From NCBI GenBank assembly GCA_030672285.1, contig DAOVGS010000028.1:1-38672 (forward strand): DNA of 38,672 nucleotides, in the 5' to 3' direction. Origin of the DNA: Hadesarchaea archaeon (GTDB lineage: Archaea; Hadarchaeota; Hadarchaeia; Hadarchaeales; Hadarchaeaceae). The notes beneath the pieces are model-generated. The model saw nothing but the letters and a program-made list of their open reading frames with translations. It was not told where the DNA came from and did not search any database. This document shows, piece by piece, positions 33,822 through 38,672 of the stretch (position 1 is the first letter of the stretch; each line of letters opens with the position of its first letter). The position numbers were made by a program, and so were the translations under genes.

Positions 33822-36017
33822 ATGAAAGTGAAGGTCACCTCGCTCGTTGTAATGGTCGTGGTGGCGATCACCTTGATCAGCGTTGCTCCTGTTGCATTTG
33901 GAACTCATTTGGTGACCACACCTACGTTTGGCTCTCATGAGATTTCGGATTTTTCCGCAGAGGGCGGGGAATTATGTATTGCAGTAAAAAATCCTGTGTT
34001 GACCATCGAAACGACAAACAAAGAGTCAGCATCTTTCGCTGGGCAAGAACTAATCGTGAATGGAGATTTCTCCACAGGTGACGCTACCGGCTGGACGTTT
34101 GGATGTGCAACCGAGCCATGGTATGGTTCAGAACCGACTTACGAGATCGTGGACCAGACGGCACGGATTTACCGCACCGGGGCGGGGAGCACGGGGAGAG
34201 GGGCTTGGTTGTACCAAGAGCCGAACGCATACGTTGGCGATGCGAGTAAGCTGATCCTCTCATTCAGGGTTAAAGTTGACTACCAAAGCCTTGCCCGCCC
34301 CGGCGATTCCAACAGTGAATTCGCTGCGGATGTAATAGTTCGCTACATAGATGTGAATGGGAATCCGGGTGTTTTCACGCGCGGTTTCTCATACGTTGGC
34401 CCGAGCACCTATCCGAACGCTGAGACGATACCTCAAAGCACATGGGTCTCCCGCTCGTATGATTTGGCATCACTTTCACCAAAGCCAGCGACCATAACGA
34501 GAGTGCTCCCAGATGCTAACGGCTGGGACTACGATGTCAGCTTCGACGACGTGAGCCTCGTCTACATTGCGCGGGACGCGATGGACACGACGCTACCAAC
34601 CTCAGCGGTCGACCCGATCGAGCCCTATTGGCAGAATGCTGACATGGTTCCGTTCACCATAACCGCGACTGCCTTGGACGATCTAAGCGGCGTGGCAAGC
34701 GTCGAGCTATTCTACCGCTACTCGAGCGACAATGTTACATTCAGCCCGTGGACATCTTTTGGGGTCGATACTGCCGCGCCTTGGGAGTGGTCGTTCACCG
34801 CACCCGTCGGCCACGGCTTTTATGAGTTTTATTCCATAGCCCGCGACGTAGCAGGAAACGTCGAGGAACCACCTGATGTCGCAGATGCCGCATGTGGCGT
34901 TGCGGTGTCTGTCGTGGTACCTGCAACGATTGACATCGACCCGGACACGCTCAACCTGAAGAGCGAGGGCAGGTGGATAACCGCTTACATCGAGTTGCCA
35001 ACTGGTATCGAATCACCAACCCCTCTCGTTTTACTCGAAGATGATTTCAACGATGGAAACGATGAGGGATGGACGGTATTTCAAGGCAACTGGCAAGTAA
35101 TCAATGGCGAATATGTGTATGGCGCAAATGGTATTACCTACGTGGATGGGGTAACGGTTGCTGGAGATGTGAGTTGGGAAAACTATACCTTCGAATCGAG
35201 GTTCAAATTAATCGAAGGAGATCCGGAGATATACGTTTTGTTCAGGTTCACCGATTACGTGACATACGAGAGATATAATGGATACAGTTTTCAATACTGG
35301 CCAGACAGATGGTCCTTGTTGAGGTGGGAAATTGAAAAAGGATGGCCATGGTGTTCCATAATATCAAGGGAGCCCAACCCCTCTTCAATCACATCTGGTG
35401 AATGGTATGACGTAAGGGTTGAGTTGTCAGGCGACCGCATAAAGTGCTACGTCAACGATGAATTGAAAATAGACGTGCATGATTCAATGTTTCCGAATGG
35501 TCGCATCGGGTTAAGAGCTGACGTGTCTAAAGTCGCTTTCGATGACATCAGAGTTTATACGCTTGCACCTCTTTCAGCTGTCCGGTACGATGTCGCGGAC
35601 ATCGATATCGACACAATTCTTCTTGAAAGTACCGTGCCTGCAGAACCGTGGCCAACTGAAATCGGAGATCACGATGGCGACGGAATTCCGGACCTGATGA
35701 TCAAGTTCGACTGCTCGGCCTTGCAGGACCTCGTAAGCGTTGGCGACGTGGAGCTGACGGTTACTGGAAAGGTTGGTGAGGTGCCCTTCGAGGGCAGCGA
35801 TGTCATCAGAGTAATCGATCCGGGCGAGGGACGACCGGAAGTGCCTCATGAAATTGATGATTCTCGTGGGGATGATACTCCTTCTGGCAACACATCTGGA
35901 GCGGACGGATCAGTGGATAGCACGGATGATATGAGTGACACATCAGGCAAAGGAGGAACGGACAGAACCGAACCAGGTAATTCGGCTTGGGGTCACAGCC
36001 ACAATCGTTCTAAATGA
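33822..36017 (+). CDS. Secreted multidomain protein: CBM/galactose-binding-like, Ig-like, DUF1080/ConA-like and a split C-terminal domain
   Basis: Signal peptide from ATG33822; LIVNGDFSTG...FDDVSL; DTTLPTS...SGVASVELFYR...YEFYSIARDVAGNVE; EDDFNDG...GRIGL...FDDIRV; GDHDGDGIPDLMIKFD. Confidence 0.82.
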   Translation: MKVKVTSLVVMVVVAITLISVAPVAFGTHLVTTPTFGSHEISDFSAEGGELCIAVKNPVLTIETTNKESASFAGQELIVNGDFSTGDATGWTFGCATEPWYGSEPTYEIVDQTARIYRTGAGSTGRGAWLYQEPNAYVGDASKLILSFRVKVDYQSLARPGDSNSEFAADVIVRYIDVNGNPGVFTRGFSYVGPSTYPNAETIPQSTWVSRSYDLASLSPKPATITRVLPDANGWDYDVSFDDVSLVYIARDAMDTTLPTSAVDPIEPYWQNADMVPFTITATALDDLSGVASVELFYRYSSDNVTFSPWTSFGVDTAAPWEWSFTAPVGHGFYEFYSIARDVAGNVEEPPDVADAACGVAVSVVVPATIDIDPDTLNLKSEGRWITAYIELPTGIESPTPLVLLEDDFNDGNDEGWTVFQGNWQVINGEYVYGANGITYVDGVTVAGDVSWENYTFESRFKLIEGDPEIYVLFRFTDYVTYERYNGYSFQYWPDRWSLLRWEIEKGWPWCSIISREPNPSSITSGEWYDVRVELSGDRIKCYVNDELKIDVHDSMFPNGRIGLRADVSKVAFDDIRVYTLAPLSAVRYDVADIDIDTILLESTVPAEPWPTEIGDHDGDGIPDLMIKFDCSALQDLVSVGDVELTVTGKVGEVPFEGSDVIRVIDPGEGRPEVPHEIDDSRGDDTPSGNTSGADGSVDSTDDMSDTSGKGGTDRTEPGNSAWGHSHNRSK

Positions 36018-36051
36018 TGAATATGCTAAAGCTACTTTTACTATTCTAAAC

Positions 36052-37062
36052 CTACCTACCCATCGTCAGCGCCAGCACCGCCATCTGAGCGTGCAACCGG
36101 TTCTCCGCCTGGTCGTAGATTACCGAGTGGGGGCCATCCATGACTTCGTCGGTTGCCTCCTGCTCCCTGAACACAGGCAGCACGTGCATGATGATCGACT
36201 TCGGGTCCATCAGGTCGACCAGTTCTCGATTCAAAATCCAGTCGCGGTGCTTCTCATGCAGCTTGACCTCGTTTGCCTTGCCGAACTTGTCCATCCCCTG
36301 CATCACGCACGCGTGGGACGCCCAGCTGCGGGGGAAGACGATGTGGGCGCCCTTGAGTGCACCCTTGAGATCATCGGTGACCTCGAAGTCCGCACCGCTC
36401 CCCTTCGCGTTCTTGCGGCAGAGGTCCATGATATTCGGGTCGAGCTCGAACCCCTTGGGAGCCGCGACCGAAACATCGACCCCGTAGCGGCTCATTATCA
36501 GCGCCTCCTCCTGAACGCTCCCCCATGAGCGCACCTTGTCCGAGTAGGCCCACATGATAACATAGCGCTTCCCTTCGGGCTTCGGAATTTTTTCTTGAAC
36601 GGTGAGCATGTCCGCGAGCCCTTGACAGGGGTGATAAATATCATCTGCCATATCGATCACCGGAACCTCGCAGTGCTTCGCGTACTCACGAATCATCGCA
36701 TTACCATTGCCGTAAACGTAGTTGACTGCAGACTCCAAGATGCGAATGCCGAGGCCATGCCCATAGCGCTCGTACATTCGTGCCATATCCTTGGGTTGCT
36801 CCCCCTCGCCAGCCCTTGTCGTAGTGACATCCACGAACTGCGCATGACCCCCCAGAGCTGTCATCGCCGCCTCGAACGATGCGCGGGTGCGGGTGGAAGT
36901 ATTATAGAAGAGCATGAAAAACGTCTTGTCCTTAAGGAGAGGCTGAAGCTGGCGGACGTAGTATTTGCGCTTCAAATCCTTCGCGAGCTCGAACGTCGCG
37001 TCGAGTTCCTCGCGCGACCACTCCTGCGTCGTTATCAGATCACGGCCATAGAGCTCGACCAT
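36052..37062 (-). CDS. Ornithine-carbamoyltransferase-family protein, knotted (AOTCase/YgeW-like) type
   Basis: STRTRASF, HPCQ, QAENRLH. Has MWAYS, PRSWAS and MHVLP in place of the canonical OTCase DGNN, SMG and HCLP. Confidence 0.85.
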   Translation of the reverse strand: MVELYGRDLITTQEWSREELDATFELAKDLKRKYYVRQLQPLLKDKTFFMLFYNTSTRTRASFEAAMTALGGHAQFVDVTTTRAGEGEQPKDMARMYERYGHGLGIRILESAVNYVYGNGNAMIREYAKHCEVPVIDMADDIYHPCQGLADMLTVQEKIPKPEGKRYVIMWAYSDKVRSWGSVQEEALIMSRYGVDVSVAAPKGFELDPNIMDLCRKNAKGSGADFEVTDDLKGALKGAHIVFPRSWASHACVMQGMDKFGKANEVKLHEKHRDWILNRELVDLMDPKSIIMHVLPVFREQEATDEVMDGPHSVIYDQAENRLHAQMAVLALTMGR

Positions 37063-37196
37063 TTGACCACTATTTATCATAATCCGCGGCGACGTTTTAG
37101 CCTTTCGCTGGCATTCGGCGCTTCGCCAGATCTCGTGCCACATCGGTCAACCAAATTTTTCAGAATATTTTTATATATATAACTAAATTGCTAACC

Positions 37197-37922
37197 ATGC
37201 GCGAATCCATCGTCATCGAGGGGCTGAGCAAGTACTACGACGGCTTCCTAGCCCTCGACAAACTCTCGCTGAAAATTAAGAAGAATGAGGACGTTGCACT
37301 TCTCGGCCCTAATGGCGCGGGGAAGACCACCACCCTCAAGCTCCTGTGCGGGCTCCTCCGCCCTTCCTCGGGCACGGCCTACATCAACGGCGTCAACGTC
37401 ATGGAAGAGCGCGAACGAGCGATTTCGATGGTGGGGGCCATCTTGGAGACACCTGAATTTTATCCCTTCCTAACCCCAGTGGAAACCCTCAGCTACTTGG
37501 GGAGGCTCCGGGGAATGAGCGGGCAGGGGTTGGAAAGTAGGATAGAGGAGGTCATCAAACTTGTCAGGCTTGAAGAATGGGCCAAAGTCAAAATAGAAAA
37601 ATTCTCGCGCGGGATGAAACAGCGCCTAGCCCTTGCGCAGGCATTGCTCCACTATCCGCCGATCTTGATCCTTGACGAGCCGGCGTTAGGCCTTGATCCC
37701 AGGGGCATGATGGAGGTGCGGGAAATCCTAAAGAAGGCGAGAAAAGAGAAAACGGTCTTCTTGTCCTCACACCTCATTACAGAAGTCGTTCAAGTGTGCG
37801 ACAAAGTGGCGCTGATTGATCACGGTCACTTGCTCGTCTATGACAGTATCCCTCGCCTAAAGCGAAAGTATCGAACGTCATTGGAGGGTGTTTACCTCAA
37901 GCTCACGGAGGCGACCATTTGA
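37197..37922 (+). CDS. ABC-2 type exporter ATP-binding subunit
   Basis: GPNGAGKTT, FSRGMKQR, LILDEP, SSH. Confidence 0.93.
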   Translation: MRESIVIEGLSKYYDGFLALDKLSLKIKKNEDVALLGPNGAGKTTTLKLLCGLLRPSSGTAYINGVNVMEERERAISMVGAILETPEFYPFLTPVETLSYLGRLRGMSGQGLESRIEEVIKLVRLEEWAKVKIEKFSRGMKQRLALAQALLHYPPILILDEPALGLDPRGMMEVREILKKARKEKTVFLSSHLITEVVQVCDKVALIDHGHLLVYDSIPRLKRKYRTSLEGVYLKLTEATI

Positions 37923-38672
37923 GCGAGTTCGAAAAGCTGAAGATAGTGACGAAATACGAGTTGCTGAAGCAGTTCCGGAGGAAGAGATTTTACGGAGCTT
38001 TGGTGCTTACCCTCCTCGCCGTGATTTTGGTCATAGTGCTCTACAAAGGGTTGGATATCCCTGGGAAGTTATCTCCCTTCATCACCGAGGATTCCCCTGA
38101 ACTTTTTGCGTTATTCGTAACGTCGGCAGGTGCAACCATACCAATTTTTGCAGCTGTGTTCTTCGCTGGGGACTCCATCGCTTCAGAATTCGAACATAAA
38201 ACTGGTTACATCCTTTTCCCAAATCCGGTAAAGCGAAGCACCCTTGTCGTCGGGAAATATATCGCATGCCTTGCTGTCACAGCGCTTATTGTCATTTTGG
38301 CCTACGTCGCCACGATGATAGCGTTAGTCGGGATATATCAACAGTTGCCAATCGAGGTATTTGGTTCGCTTGCCCTCGCATTGGTTTATGCGAACAGTGT
38401 GCTGGGTATCGCATTTCTCTACAGCTCAGTGCTCAAGGGAAGCATGGGTGCCACGATAGCCACACTTTTAACAATAATGCTAGTTTTTGGTGTCATCGAA
38501 ATCAGTTTGATATTTGCAAACATTGAACCGTGGTTCATGCACGGATATGCGGGCGATTCGGTCGGTAGCGTGTACGGGGCTTCTTTCGCGGCGTTCGGTG
38601 GGGCGATGCCCGGGGGCGGGATGGAGAGGAACCCGAATCCTATCACAAGCTTTTTTGTAATGTTAGGATACT
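37919..38672 (+). CDS. ABC-2 type exporter permease, 3' end outside the window
   Basis: Not in the ORF track; translated by hand from TTG37919: MSEFEKLKIVTKYELLKQFRRKRFY...GDSIASEFEHKTGYILFPNPVKRSTLVVGKY, with multiple TM segments and open to the window end. Confidence 0.88.
   Translation, partial: MSEFEKLKIVTKYELLKQFRRKRFYGALVLTLLAVILVIVLYKGLDIPGKLSPFITEDSPELFALFVTSAGATIPIFAAVFFAGDSIASEFEHKTGYILFPNPVKRSTLVVGKYIACLAVTALIVILAYVATMIALVGIYQQLPIEVFGSLALALVYANSVLGIAFLYSSVLKGSMGATIATLLTIMLVFGVIEISLIFANIEPWFMHGYAGDSVGSVYGASFAAFGGAMPGGGMERNPNPITSFFVMLGY

Noticed and set aside
35007-35585. Intein as the inserted segment
   Set aside because: No N-terminal Cys/Ser block A or C-terminal His-Asn. The sequence looks like a beta-sandwich lectin fold.
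37063-37150. Structured leader upstream of the carbamoyltransferase (CTGGC...GCCAG, GGCG-AAG-CGCC)
   Set aside because: The short competing stems are expected by chance in GC-rich DNA and match no RNA family I recognise.

Overview
Archaeal chromosomal window: TATA/BRE promoters, GGAGGTG-type SD sites, frequent TTG/GTG starts, and archaeal-type NadM, RtcA, DUF62 and UPF0282 genes. The gene style is reminiscent of Hadarchaeota, but that is an unverified impression. GC-rich housekeeping genes (CDF transporter end, sufS, an Lrp-flanked his operon, rtcA, ogt, nadM, thiC, two aminotransferases, AmmeMemoRadiSam radical SAM, a knotted-type carbamoyltransferase, ABC exporter) alternate with visibly AT-richer genes for secreted or surface proteins. 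No tRNA, rRNA, transposase, integrase or cas gene was recognised. Most notable: (1) six same-orientation 16-bp palindromes (CGTAC-TCCCCG-GTACG) with unique spacers at 1776-1985, directly upstream of a small HTH gene that has no canonical start in the expected place; (2) a his operon lacking hisH, hisE and a histidinol phosphatase, headed by DUF1152, whose HisF has substitutions at HisH-coupling positions; (3) two modules in which a membrane-tethered wHTH regulator lies beside secreted-protein genes, each with triple palindromic operators; (4) a strong D/E-N dipeptide bias in the extracellular Ig-like repeats. All family calls come from motif recognition by eye, not from database searches.
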